Below are positions 30,235 through 39,840 of a DNA stretch of 64,000 nucleotides, piece by piece. The stretch is from positions 1 through 64,000 of IMG/VR virus record IMGVR_UViG_3300021405_000007; one strand, 5' to 3'. A model generated the notes under the pieces. The model ran no database searches. It was not told the origin of the DNA and saw only the letters and a list, made by a program, of their open reading frames with translations. The translations under genes were made by a program, and so were the position numbers. This DNA is from a virus. Each line of letters begins with the position of its first letter. Position 1 is the stretch's first letter.

Positions 30235-30529
30235 AAAATCAAGCAAAACTCGTTTAATCTCTTCCAAACCAAGCGAACAAATCTCAAAATTAGAAGATTT
30301 GGCCGATCTAAAAAATCGGCCTTGGTTTATTAATAGTGAGGAGGATTTTTATTATTTCTGGAAGTATATACAAAGAAAGAGTGATGTTGGAGGCGATATG
30401 CCTCCTTTGGAAGCTCTAGAAATATCTAGACTTTTAGCTTTGCCAAAAGAAGATCTTCAAACCCACTTAGATCATTTACTTCTCAATTTAAAAAAATCAA
30501 AAAAAATCAAAGACTTATTCTTTAAATAA
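30218..30529 (+). CDS. hypothetical protein, possible C-terminal HTH
   Basis: ORF; EISRLLAL segment. Confidence 0.5.
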   Translation: MPKDTKKSSKTRLISSKPSEQISKLEDLADLKNRPWFINSEEDFYYFWKYIQRKSDVGGDMPPLEALEISRLLALPKEDLQTHLDHLLLNLKKSKKIKDLFFK

Positions 30530-30542
30530 GCAAAACTAGGCG

Positions 30543-30551
30543 TGCTATACT
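30543..30551 (+). promoter_or_regulatory. extended -10 promoter
   Basis: TGCTATACT upstream of the prohead protease. Confidence 0.55.
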
Positions 30552-30611
30552 TTATAGGTGTCTTAGTTTAGATCCTAAATGGTCTTCTTGGTACATTTCT
30601 AAGGATGCATA

Positions 30612-31505
30612 ATGGAAAATTTTCAGTTTAATATGCCTGCTATTCTCGAAAAGTCAGATGATGGAGAATACCGGGTTAAAGGATTAGCTAGTACCGAAGA
30701 CATTGATCTTCAAGGAGAAATAATTAAAGCTGCGGGAGCAGATCTTTCACCAATAGATGAAAAAAAAGGTTGGTTAAATTTTGAACATCGTCAAGGAGTG
30801 GAAGATTTAGTTGGAGTTCTAGAAGGTTATAATAAAACTCCTAATGGGATTTTCGTTTCTGGAAGAATGTTTAAAGATCATGATAGGGCCAAAGCTATCA
30901 TTCAGGTGATGCAAGGACTTTCAGAAAAAGATGGTCCCAGAATCGGCCTAAGTGTTGAAGGAAGCGTTCTTGAACGTGATCCGAATAATGAAAAAGTAAT
31001 CACTAAATGTATCATAAAAAATGTAGCCATAACTATGAGTCCAGTAAACCCAAAAACTCATTTAAGTTTGGTAAAATCATTAGCAGCTTCTAATGTGGAA
31101 TTTAGTTCCACTTTACCCGTTGCGAATAATATAGAAAAAGTTAACGCAACAGAAACACCTATCTTTACAGCGAATCAAGTTGTCGATCTGATTCAAAAGA
31201 CTTTAGGAGTTGGTGGAGGATATGCAACCCAAACACCAGCACAGATGAGTGGCGGAACTGCTTTATCTCAAGAATCTTTAGATTCCAAACCTTCCGATGT
31301 TTCTTCTTCTGAAGAAGAAAAAAAGAAGAAAAAAGAGCAAGAAGAAACTCAAAAAGCGTTGCAACGCATGCCTAAATCACTTTATAAAGCTACTTTGCAG
31401 GAAATTCTTAGTAAAATAGGCACTTTATATCCTGAGTATACTAAAGAACAACTCTTTGCATGCATGAAAGAAAGATTGGAAACAAAATTTCCTGATTTAA
31501 AATAA
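30612..31505 (+). CDS. prohead protease
   Basis: GLASTEDIDLQGEII, NFEH, GLSVEG, VAITMSPVNP. Confidence 0.9.
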   Translation: MENFQFNMPAILEKSDDGEYRVKGLASTEDIDLQGEIIKAAGADLSPIDEKKGWLNFEHRQGVEDLVGVLEGYNKTPNGIFVSGRMFKDHDRAKAIIQVMQGLSEKDGPRIGLSVEGSVLERDPNNEKVITKCIIKNVAITMSPVNPKTHLSLVKSLAASNVEFSSTLPVANNIEKVNATETPIFTANQVVDLIQKTLGVGGGYATQTPAQMSGGTALSQESLDSKPSDVSSSEEEKKKKKEQEETQKALQRMPKSLYKATLQEILSKIGTLYPEYTKEQLFACMKERLETKFPDLK

Positions 31506-31520
31506 ACAATATAAATCTCA

Positions 31521-31529
31521 TGTTAAAAT
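31521..31529 (+). promoter_or_regulatory. extended -10 promoter
   Basis: TGTTAAAAT upstream of the scaffold/capsid operon. Confidence 0.55.
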
Positions 31530-31568
31530 TCTTATGAATTCGAACTTATTTTTTCGGAGTTTAATTTA

Positions 31569-32123
31569 ATGGCACAAGCAGCATTATCAAAATTGGCAGC
31601 TGAACGCTTAAGCGTGGCTATAGGTCACACCGCTGAAGCTAATGAATTAGTTGGCAATATCAACAACTTAAGCGCTTCTGTAGATGTTAGCGCTCAACAA
31701 AACCTTGCAATTGGCTCTTTAAGCCAAGCACAAATTCAAACCCTCCATTCAGTGGGTGCTGTTTTGGTGGCTGCTCCAGCAGCTGGCACAGCTATCATAG
31801 TAGATGAAGTTCACTTTAAATACAACTATAGCACTGCTGCTTTCACTGGCGGGGGCGTAATATCTTTGGCATACACCAGCGGTGCAACCATTATGGAACT
31901 TGCAGCAAGTCTTTTGACTGGCGGCTCCTCAATTGGTCGTTTCGCAAAACCTTCAGTTTATAACCTAGATGCATCAACTGGTACTGCTACTGGTTTTGAT
32001 CTTCTTTCTGCAGCAGCTGAAGGACTTTCTTTGTCAGCAGCTAGTGCAGATTTTGCAGCTGGCAATGCAGCTTCTACTTTGGACTATAGAATTAAATACC
32101 GTGTAGTAACGGTATTAACCTAA
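31569..32123 (+). CDS. putative capsid decoration/structural protein
   Basis: Ala/Ser-rich, between protease and scaffold. Confidence 0.5.
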   Translation: MAQAALSKLAAERLSVAIGHTAEANELVGNINNLSASVDVSAQQNLAIGSLSQAQIQTLHSVGAVLVAAPAAGTAIIVDEVHFKYNYSTAAFTGGGVISLAYTSGATIMELAASLLTGGSSIGRFAKPSVYNLDASTGTATGFDLLSAAAEGLSLSAASADFAAGNAASTLDYRIKYRVVTVLT

Positions 32124-32131
32124 TATAACGA

Positions 32132-33061
32132 TTGGATTTAACGATGAAGCCAACTGATAAACTTAAAAAATCTATCGATCAGCTTATTGATGAGCTTTTT
32201 GCTCCTGAAGTAAAGAAATCAATGGATCATTTCGCTGCAGCTACTACAGCGGATGAAGCCATTAAAAATGCTCCAAGTGGAGAAATGGATGAAGCTCGTG
32301 GAGCAGGTCGCCCAAAACAAATCTCAGAAATTCCACAAGTCGATGTAGACGGCAAACGTGCTGGTCGCTATGACACCGACATTGTAGAAGATGAAAATAA
32401 AGAAGAAGCTCCAGCAGAAGGCGAACAGGTAAAATCCGGTAAACGTAAAAAAGAAGAAGAATCAGAAGCAGCCCCAGCAAAACTCCCAGGCATGCCTGAA
32501 TCCCCAGTAGCCCCAGTCGAAGCTCCAGCAGAAGGCGAACATGATTCTGTGCCAGAACATGAAGCAGAAGATGAAGACGATAGTATTGAAGAAAAAGGTA
32601 TCAAAAAATCTTTTGCCATTTCTAAAGCTCAATATGCTGAATACGTAGCTCTTAAAAAAGCTCGCGAAGCGACTATTAAAGCTGAAGTTTTGAGAAAAGC
32701 AAAAGCAGAACACACCTCTTTGATTAAATCAGCGGTTGTTGAAGCTACTGCTGATATCCGTAGAGAAAATGAAAATCTTAGAAAATCTCTTTCAGAACAA
32801 AGTGAATTGATCAAAGCCATGGCTAATAAGCCTAAAGCAGCAACCGCAATTACTTCAATGTCAGCCCTTGAAAAAGGTGGATCAGCTGCTAGATCAAACA
32901 ACGGTCTTTCTAAAGCGGATCTAGTTGATATTGCAGAGAGATTGGTTAAATCCAACGAACTAATGCTTGATTCAGCAATCGAATTGGATCAAACCGGTTT
33001 TATTGTAGATCCAAATGAAAGAGCGACTTTAGAAAAAGCAATTAGAAGTATTAGAAGATAA
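32132..33061 (+). CDS. putative capsid scaffold protein
   Basis: acidic and coiled-coil, many LxK(S/A) sites, directly upstream of the major capsid gene. Confidence 0.65.
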   Translation: MDLTMKPTDKLKKSIDQLIDELFAPEVKKSMDHFAAATTADEAIKNAPSGEMDEARGAGRPKQISEIPQVDVDGKRAGRYDTDIVEDENKEEAPAEGEQVKSGKRKKEEESEAAPAKLPGMPESPVAPVEAPAEGEHDSVPEHEAEDEDDSIEEKGIKKSFAISKAQYAEYVALKKAREATIKAEVLRKAKAEHTSLIKSAVVEATADIRRENENLRKSLSEQSELIKAMANKPKAATAITSMSALEKGGSAARSNNGLSKADLVDIAERLVKSNELMLDSAIELDQTGFIVDPNERATLEKAIRSIRR

Positions 33062-33178
33062 TAAAATGGCGTGATAAATGTTCGTGATCAACGCCTTAAA
33101 GAAAGATCGCCGGCCTTATTTAAGCCAAAACGTTAATTTAACAAAGTTTTTTTCAAAACAACGAAAGAAGGAACAGCA

Positions 33179-34588
33179 ATGAACGTCCAGTCACAAACTC
33201 AAGAACTTACCGGTTTCGGTTACCATACCGCCGAAGAAGTTCAAGAACTCCAAAAAGCATTGTCCATTGGTGGACAATATGCTACGACCACCCCAGGTAA
33301 CTTGTCTGGCGGTCCAGCATTAGCAGTCGAAGATCTAGATCGTACTTTGAAACTGGTAACAGCTTCACTAGAAGATTTAGTACTTTGGAAAGATGTTATT
33401 AAACAAAAAGTTATGCAAACTGTTGGTCAGTACAACGTACAAAACCAATACGGTAATGAAGTAAGCCCCTTCTTTACTATGGGTTCAACTCCTACCTCAA
33501 CAGATGCTGGCTATAACCGCGATGTATTCATAGTTAAATACTTGGGTACCCAAGGTTCAGTACAGCATAACTTAACCCTCATCCAAGCTGCACACGGCCC
33601 AGTCGTTGCACGTGAGGTAAAAAACAAAACTGTTGAATTGCTCGAAAGAAATGAAAGAGCAATGTTTGATGCAGATTCTACAATCAATTCATTAGAATAC
33701 GATGGTATTGATTCACAGATCCGCGTTAAAGGCGTACAATCAAAATATATCCCACAAGGTTGGGTTGGTTATAATAAAGTTGGCGTAGATGACACTCCTG
33801 TTTTGGATACCCGTTCAGCAGGCGCAACTTCACAACTTAGCCAAGATTTCAATGAAGAAGCAGCTCTACGTGCTTTGAACAACTTCGGTCGCCCAAAACA
33901 AATGTACTTAGCTACTGACATTCATAGTGAATACAGCAGAAGCTTTTACTTATCCCAACGTACGATGCCTGGTATGATGCAACCATCCGGTTGGTATACT
34001 CCAGACTTCCGTGGGACTTTGAAATTCGACTTCCGCCCTTCAGTTTTCCTACGTGCACGTCAAGGTGTTTTATCTAGCGCAGTAAGTGCTGGATCAGCTC
34101 CTACCTTCACTTTAAGCCACACTGCTGGCGCTGGCTCTATGTTTGCTGCAAGCGATGCTGGTACTTATAGCTACCAAATCAGTGCAGTATATGCTGACGG
34201 CGAAACCCTTCCAGCCGCTGCTTCTTCAGTATCCGTTGTTGCTGGTGATGTTGTTAGTGCAGCTATTACTTATAGCGGTAGCCCACTTTACTTCAACATC
34301 TTCCGCGCCCCAATCAACACCACCGTTGGTCAACTGTTCATCGGTCGTATTGCTCCTGCAGGTACAGGCGTAAGTACTCCTATTGATTCTAACGTAAGAC
34401 TTCCAGGTTCTTCAAGAGCATATTTGCTTATGAATGATCCTGATGTTTTAGCTTGGAAACAACTTGGTTCACTTATAAAATACGATTTAGCAGTAACTAA
34501 TACCTCTTATCAATGGTTGCAATTGCTTTACGGTTCCATGTTAGTGACTGGCCCAAGAAAGAACGTAATAATTGATAACCTCGGGTAA
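33179..34588 (+). CDS. major capsid protein (Twort/SPO1-like)
   Basis: ELQKA, GG.AL.VEDLD.TLK, LWKD, E.AMF..DS....LEYDG, C-terminal LLYG...P.K. Confidence 0.9.
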   Translation: MNVQSQTQELTGFGYHTAEEVQELQKALSIGGQYATTTPGNLSGGPALAVEDLDRTLKLVTASLEDLVLWKDVIKQKVMQTVGQYNVQNQYGNEVSPFFTMGSTPTSTDAGYNRDVFIVKYLGTQGSVQHNLTLIQAAHGPVVAREVKNKTVELLERNERAMFDADSTINSLEYDGIDSQIRVKGVQSKYIPQGWVGYNKVGVDDTPVLDTRSAGATSQLSQDFNEEAALRALNNFGRPKQMYLATDIHSEYSRSFYLSQRTMPGMMQPSGWYTPDFRGTLKFDFRPSVFLRARQGVLSSAVSAGSAPTFTLSHTAGAGSMFAASDAGTYSYQISAVYADGETLPAAASSVSVVAGDVVSAAITYSGSPLYFNIFRAPINTTVGQLFIGRIAPAGTGVSTPIDSNVRLPGSSRAYLLMNDPDVLAWKQLGSLIKYDLAVTNTSYQWLQLLYGSMLVTGPRKNVIIDNLG

Positions 34589-34609
34589 TTCTTTTCCTTT
34601 TTAAAAACT

Positions 34610-34647
34610 AAAAGCTGCTTGGGAAAACTACTAAGCAGCTTTTTTTT
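34610..34647 (+). terminator. intrinsic terminator after the major capsid gene
   Basis: AAAAGCTGCTTGG / CTAAGCAGCTTTT stem plus T-run. Confidence 0.85.
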
Positions 34648-34706
34648 ATTATCTAAATATAAAGTGTGATATAACATTATCATAGATAATCTTAAGGTTT
34701 TTTAAG

Positions 34707-35456
34707 ATGAAACTTTGTTATATTTGCAAAATAAATGAAAGTCTTAATTCTAGTAGGTGCAAAACTTGCAATACTGAGTATTTCAAAAAATACAGAGAAA
34801 AGAATGAAAAGAAAATAAAAACCTACAAGAAAGAATATTATTATTTGGAATTTAAAGAATCGATTAATGATAAAAATCATAGATACTATGAAAAAAATAA
34901 AGAATCAGTTAACAAAAGAAATAAAGAATATTATACCAATAACAAAGAAAAAGTTAGAAAAATCAATGATCTTTGGATGGAAGAGAATAAAGAAAAAGTG
35001 ACTATTTATCAGGCGGCCTACCGAAAAGAAAATTCAGATAAAACAGCTTCTTATAATAAAAAATATAAAATTAAAAACAAAAAAGATTTAACTTTAAAAA
35101 GAAGAAATTATGAGAATAATAGACTTGCAAATGATCCTTTTTATCGAGTTAAAAAAAATATAAGGCGCTCGATCAATAGAGCTATTAAAACTTCGAATTG
35201 GCGTAAAACAAAAATTACAGAAATTATTTTGGGGTGCACCTTTTCAGCATTAGTCACCCATTTAAAAGTTACTTGGGAGAAAAACTACCCAGGAGAGATT
35301 TTAAACTGGAGTAAAAATGTTCATATAGATCATATAATTCCATTAGTTACTGCTAAGACTTTAAATGATGTTTATTTGTTGAACCATCATTCGAACCTTC
35401 AATTATTGAAAGCTTTTGATAATATTAAGAAAGGTGGCAAAGTTTTAAACCCCTAA
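34707..35456 (+). CDS. HNH-type homing endonuclease
   Basis: CYIC/CKTC, basic repeats, ILGC, HIDHIIP...HHSNLQLL...N..K. Confidence 0.85.
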   Translation: MKLCYICKINESLNSSRCKTCNTEYFKKYREKNEKKIKTYKKEYYYLEFKESINDKNHRYYEKNKESVNKRNKEYYTNNKEKVRKINDLWMEENKEKVTIYQAAYRKENSDKTASYNKKYKIKNKKDLTLKRRNYENNRLANDPFYRVKKNIRRSINRAIKTSNWRKTKITEIILGCTFSALVTHLKVTWEKNYPGEILNWSKNVHIDHIIPLVTAKTLNDVYLLNHHSNLQLLKAFDNIKKGGKVLNP

Positions 35457-35481
35457 AGTTTCTTACACTCCCTACCGATAT
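35454..35481 (+). promoter_or_regulatory. sigma-28-type promoter
   Basis: TAAAGTTT-N12-ACCGATAT at the start of the accessory region. Confidence 0.75.
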
Positions 35482-35511
35482 ATCTAATATAAGTTAGAAA
35501 GGGAATAAAAC

Positions 35512-35754
35512 ATGAATAACAACAATACAATAGCAAAAATCCAAAAAGTAACAGTTTCAGGTTTAGAAATGTTTGAATACGTAGTTCTCCAATACCGAGA
35601 AATCGAAGTCCAATTGGAAGAGGCCGGTTTGATCATAGAACCAAGCGCAGGTTGGAAGGTATTAGGTGAGGGCAAACGATGGTCTATTGAAGCAGCTAGA
35701 GCGGTTGTGCAGAACTTAGCAAATAGTAATGTTTATTCCTTAATCATAAGGTAA
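35512..35754 (+). CDS. hypothetical protein
   Basis: SD AAGGG, first gene after a sigma-28 promoter. Confidence 0.6.
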   Translation: MNNNNTIAKIQKVTVSGLEMFEYVVLQYREIEVQLEEAGLIIEPSAGWKVLGEGKRWSIEAARAVVQNLANSNVYSLIIR

Positions 35755-35758
35755 ATTT

Positions 35759-36031
35759 ATGTACAAAATAACAGAAAAAGTATACAAGTCTGAAACAATT
35801 AAAAAATTCTTAAAAGAAACAAAGGATGATAAAACCATGCAAAACATAGACTTGGAAGTAGGAAGCTTGGAAACATTAGAAGTAGAAGAACTAAGGGATT
35901 TAGCAATCAGTCTCTTTCACAAGACTTTTGGGACTGGGAGATTAGACTGGGATGCTAGAACGTATCTTCATGAAATTAAAGAGTATTATTCTAGACAAGA
36001 TTTGATTGATTTTATTTACGCAGAAGGCTAA
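35759..36031 (+). CDS. hypothetical protein
   Basis: 90 aa ORF. Confidence 0.55.
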   Translation: MYKITEKVYKSETIKKFLKETKDDKTMQNIDLEVGSLETLEVEELRDLAISLFHKTFGTGRLDWDARTYLHEIKEYYSRQDLIDFIYAEG

Positions 36032-36055
36032 AGTTTAATTAGAATATGCCGATAA
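36029..36055 (+). promoter_or_regulatory. sigma-28 (FliA) promoter, perfect consensus
   Basis: TAAAGTTT-N11-GCCGATAA. Confidence 0.88.
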
Positions 36056-36092
36056 AGAACTAAAGTGAGTTCTAAAAACTAAGGAGATAAAA

Positions 36093-36665
36093 ATGGATAA
36101 ATTAGTACCGATCATTGAAAAGTTAATCGAGGTATCTTCAAGTTCAGTAAACCTTTTAATGGATGAGTTACTCAGATACTACTTAATCACTACGGGGCTA
36201 CATTTACTATTAGTATTTGTAATTACAGGGATTATCTATAGATTTCTGAGTCTAGGGAAGAAATTTCTTGATTTGTGTGAGCCGAGTCAATCTAGAACTT
36301 TGTTTAAGTTTTTGTATTCGACTGTGATGGGTCTAGTATTGATTGTAGGTTTGGTATATGCTTATACTGAAGCCAAAGACACAATTAAACTGGCAGCAGC
36401 TCCACATATTTTCTTGATCGAAAAAGTTAAGGAATTGTTGCCACATAAAGAAGTGGAAAATAAGCAAACATCTCTGGGAGGTTTTTCCGTCGGCGATTGT
36501 ATACTTAGCAATGAGAAGACTGATGTGGAAGGAAAAGTTATTGCAGTAACCACAGAGGGCGCTATAATACACTTCAATTACACTGATTCAGATTCGGCGG
36601 ATTTTCTTTATAAAAAGAATCTAAAAGAATATACAAAAGCAGATGATTCAAAGTGTCGAGGATAA
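36093..36665 (+). CDS. membrane protein, two TM segments plus small beta domain
   Basis: SD AAGGAG; two hydrophobic helices. Confidence 0.65.
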   Translation: MDKLVPIIEKLIEVSSSSVNLLMDELLRYYLITTGLHLLLVFVITGIIYRFLSLGKKFLDLCEPSQSRTLFKFLYSTVMGLVLIVGLVYAYTEAKDTIKLAAAPHIFLIEKVKELLPHKEVENKQTSLGGFSVGDCILSNEKTDVEGKVIAVTTEGAIIHFNYTDSDSADFLYKKNLKEYTKADDSKCRG

Positions 36666-36742
36666 GGGCATTTTTTGTGGAATTGAGATTACTTTTATGT
36701 TTGTTTTACTTAGCTAGGATGATTTCCAAATAAGGAAATAAA

Positions 36743-36904
36743 ATGAGAGACATATTAGATGTGTTAATAGTTTGTTTCCTTGTTCCAATTGGAATTATAG
36801 GTTGTGCCGCATTAGCACTCTTAATATACACAAGTATTGTGATAGGACTATTATTCATGTTTCGCATCAGATTGCCTAGGGAGAAATCTAATGGACGAAG
36901 ATGA
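36743..36904 (+). CDS. small membrane protein (not in ORF track)
   Basis: SD TAAGGA; MRDILDVLIVCFLVPIGIIG... Confidence 0.5.
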   Translation: MRDILDVLIVCFLVPIGIIGCAALALLIYTSIVIGLLFMFRIRLPREKSNGRR

Positions 36905-37034
36905 ATTTATGTTTGCAGTATATATATTTATTATGACATTAGGAGGGATATTAATATTAATAAGAATCTACTTTATAGATGTAAATTTAACTTCCTTATT
37001 CTTGAAACTTATTCCTAAGGAGAAAGATAAATGA
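36891..37034 (+). CDS. small membrane protein (not in ORF track)
   Basis: SD GGGAG; MDEDEFMFAVYIFIMTLGG... Confidence 0.5.
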   Translation: MDEDEFMFAVYIFIMTLGGILILIRIYFIDVNLTSLFLKLIPKEKDK

Positions 37035-37306
37035 AATATAAATTAAGACAGTCTGTAAGAATTGTAAATTATAATCGATTAACTGAGAGTGAAATTTGTT
37101 ATATATTCCGCAAAATCCCCTTGAATTCTGTAGGAATTATAAGAGATTTTAATTTAACTCATAATAGGTATAGAGTTGAGTTTAAGAGATGTCCTATAAC
37201 CTACTATAGTAGTCCCAATTATATGGTTGAGTTATACGAAGAAAATCTTACAGATGCTGCATTTAAGTTTCCTAAATTAATTCCTATTGAGAAATCAGAG
37301 AGGTAA
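37031..37306 (+). CDS. small SH3-like hypothetical protein
   Basis: MKYKLRQSVRIV...GII...YRVEF. Confidence 0.55.
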   Translation: MKYKLRQSVRIVNYNRLTESEICYIFRKIPLNSVGIIRDFNLTHNRYRVEFKRCPITYYSSPNYMVELYEENLTDAAFKFPKLIPIEKSER

Positions 37307-37310
37307 AGAA

Positions 37311-37517
37311 ATGTCTAACCTACTTCCAGCTATTCTTTGTTTATATGGGATAGGTATTATGCCTGCAGTAGCCCTTTTACATGAGTCTTATTCGCCTGAT
37401 GATAAGTCCTTATTTTTGGGTATGGTATGGCCCATAACACTGTTATTGCTATTATTAAAACCAAGAATCAAATTAGGACAAATTGTAAGAGTCAAAATAC
37501 ATTCATTCTTCTTCTAG
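37311..37517 (+). CDS. small membrane protein; coding appears to continue in another frame to 37758
   Basis: two hydrophobic segments then KPRIKLGQIVRV. Confidence 0.45.
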   Translation: MSNLLPAILCLYGIGIMPAVALLHESYSPDDKSLFLGMVWPITLLLLLLKPRIKLGQIVRVKIHSFFF

Positions 37518-37827
37518 TAGAGAAGTCCTTATAAGAGGAAAAATTATATACATTACTCGTTTCGAACATGAAAATTATTATAGAGTAGAGTTAATTAGGC
37601 CACTAGAACCAGGAATACATGGAACTAAAATCACTGTTACAGACACAAACATTTTTCCTTATAAGCGAAGATTAATAAAGCATTATATTCGGCAACTTAT
37701 AAAAATCTTCAACAAGGTGTCTAAAAGTAACACCTTTCCAATAGAAAGAAAATTATGAGTTTACCTGATTTCATCCTCGCTTATTTAGTCGGGATTTTGG
37801 AATAACTATATTTTTAAAGAAACTCTA

Positions 37828-38274
37828 ATGAAAAAAGTAACCAAAGCCTTGAAACAGAAAATGATTGATATAGCTCATGCCAATGGCTTAAAATTACATT
37901 TTATAAAAAGAAAAAGTTATGGTGGTATGTATGATGATACCAAAAAACTGATCACAGTCAGTCTAGTCACCCAGAAAGGGTATATGTTAAATGCCCTTAA
38001 TCTAGTTTCTTGTTTTTGTCATGAATTAGGGCACGCTGCTCAAGATAAGCTACAGACAAAATTGACAAAAATAGTAAACAATAGGCTAAGACCAGAAACT
38101 AGATATTTTATCTCAAAATTTAGACTTCAATATGAATACGAAGCTGATAAATTTGGGTCTAAATTTAAAACTTGGGCTTTCCCTGAAATAAAAGGTGAAT
38201 ATTTAAGTGGTTATCCAATCGAAAACAAGAAAGAAACAATCGAATATTTACTGAAACATTACGAAGGAAGATAA
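37828..38274 (+). CDS. HExxH zinc metallopeptidase-like protein
   Basis: HELGH...EYEAD. Confidence 0.7.
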   Translation: MKKVTKALKQKMIDIAHANGLKLHFIKRKSYGGMYDDTKKLITVSLVTQKGYMLNALNLVSCFCHELGHAAQDKLQTKLTKIVNNRLRPETRYFISKFRLQYEYEADKFGSKFKTWAFPEIKGEYLSGYPIENKKETIEYLLKHYEGR

Positions 38275-38419
38275 TTTATGTTTGTTATTGTTGCGTATTA
38301 TATAGTAATTGCTGTCATTCTAGGTAATGGAGCAGCGAAGGAAACTCCAAAACAAGATTGGTCAGTTACTCAAAATCACGGAACAAGAGATATTCCGAAA
38401 GAATAAAGGTAAAAAAATA

Positions 38420-39011
38420 ATGAACAAAACCTATTACAAATTTACCAATCTAATAAACAGATTGTTTTAAAAGTGATTTATATTTTGAAGACCAAAATAA
38501 TTATACCAATAGAAAGAAAGCTAAAATAATAAATTTCTTACATAAATTTTTTTATTGGCTCAAAGCATTATTTGAATATAGTATATTCTTATGGGATAAC
38601 TTATATGATTTCGATTATGTTTTTATATTAACTCTTCTAAAATATAAACTCTCTAGAACTCGTAAAGCGATCGTCAAAGCAAATGTTATAGTTGATTCAA
38701 AAAGAGTAGAGAAGCAGATAAAATATGCCGAGTTCTTATTAGAGGCGATCATAAAAGATGATTTTGCATACAAAGAATATCTTGCACATGATCAAAAATG
38801 GGGAGAGTTGGAATTTATCTTAGACTCTAAGAAAAGAACTAATCCTAGTCAGTCCGCTCTTAATAGAGCTAAAATTCTTACAGAAGAGGATAAAAAATTG
38901 GAAGCTGCAGAGTTTATAAAAATATTGGAATTGGAGGCAGCAAGAAAGAAAGGTGCTTATAAACGTTTGTGGCGACACTTAGATAAATATATCCAAGGAT
39001 GGTGGGATTAA
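38420..39011 (+). pseudogene. frameshifted phage protein (ends ...GWWD)
   Basis: ATG 38420 frame stops at TTG TTT TAA; +1 frame is open 38469-39011 with no start codon until 38808. Confidence 0.55.
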
Positions 39012-39208
39012 TGAATTTTAAAAAAAGAAATGTTTTAGAAATAAAAAATGAGGATCTTATGACCGAAGAAAAAGTAAAAGAATTTATGAAATTACTTGAG
39101 GAGGCCTTTGAACAAATGGGGAAAAAAATTCAAACGGCTGTTCTCATAGATGCTTCTAATGAGCCCAAACTTCTAATTGACAATCGAGAAGAAAAAGATA
39201 TAAATTGA
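38999..39208 (+). CDS. hypothetical protein
   Basis: ORF. Confidence 0.5.
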   Translation: MVGLMNFKKRNVLEIKNEDLMTEEKVKEFMKLLEEAFEQMGKKIQTAVLIDASNEPKLLIDNREEKDIN

Positions 39209-39334
39209 AAGAAAAGGGATTAAGATGCTGTTTTCTGCATTGTTTATAGTGACCACCATTTATGTGTTATTTTTTCTAGTAGCTGGAATTTTAGCAATTT
39301 TAGAGAATAAAAAGTAGTTAATAAAAGGGGTTAA

Positions 39335-39583
39335 ATGTTTTCAACTAAACAACTAATATTCCTATGGGGTTCAATTGGAGTATCTTTGGGTTTCTTAGGT
39401 CTAATAACCTACCTTAAAGCTCCCAAAACTCCAATGGAGCAGTGCCGTAAAGAATTCGAGAAACTCTCAGGAGAGCAAACACAAACTATAAATATAGTGG
39501 CAAAATTAAGTGGACACAAAAATATTGAAGGGTTTATAAAAGACTATTGTGAATCTGCAATCAAAAAAGGAGAGTATAAGTGA
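39335..39583 (+). CDS. membrane-anchored small protein
   Basis: N-terminal TM segment, Cys pair. Confidence 0.6.
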   Translation: MFSTKQLIFLWGSIGVSLGFLGLITYLKAPKTPMEQCRKEFEKLSGEQTQTINIVAKLSGHKNIEGFIKDYCESAIKKGEYK

Positions 39584-39840
39584 AAGTATTATTGATAAGT
39601 TCATTATTGTTGAATACAGGTCTAATTTATTTAGCTATATCCCTTCATCAAGGAGCAGTCGAACTACACAATGATTTAGTATATTGTACTTCAAAGGATG
39701 ATTACGGTTCAAAACCGGGATATGTGAATGAGCTTATCAGTGATCTTAGATTAGAGTGCATTGCGCAAAAGCATAAATTTCACGGTCTCTTTAAAAGAGA
39801 CAATACATTTTTTGTAGGGTGTGTGAATGATAAAGAGTAG
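39580..39840 (+). CDS. membrane-anchored small protein
   Basis: N-terminal TM segment, Cys residues, SD GGAG. Confidence 0.55.
   Translation: MKVLLISSLLLNTGLIYLAISLHQGAVELHNDLVYCTSKDDYGSKPGYVNELISDLRLECIAQKHKFHGLFKRDNTFFVGCVNDKE

Noticed and set aside
34080-34400. Ig-like insertion in the major capsid protein as a novelty
   Set aside because: A comparable insertion and length are normal for Twort/SPO1-like capsid proteins.
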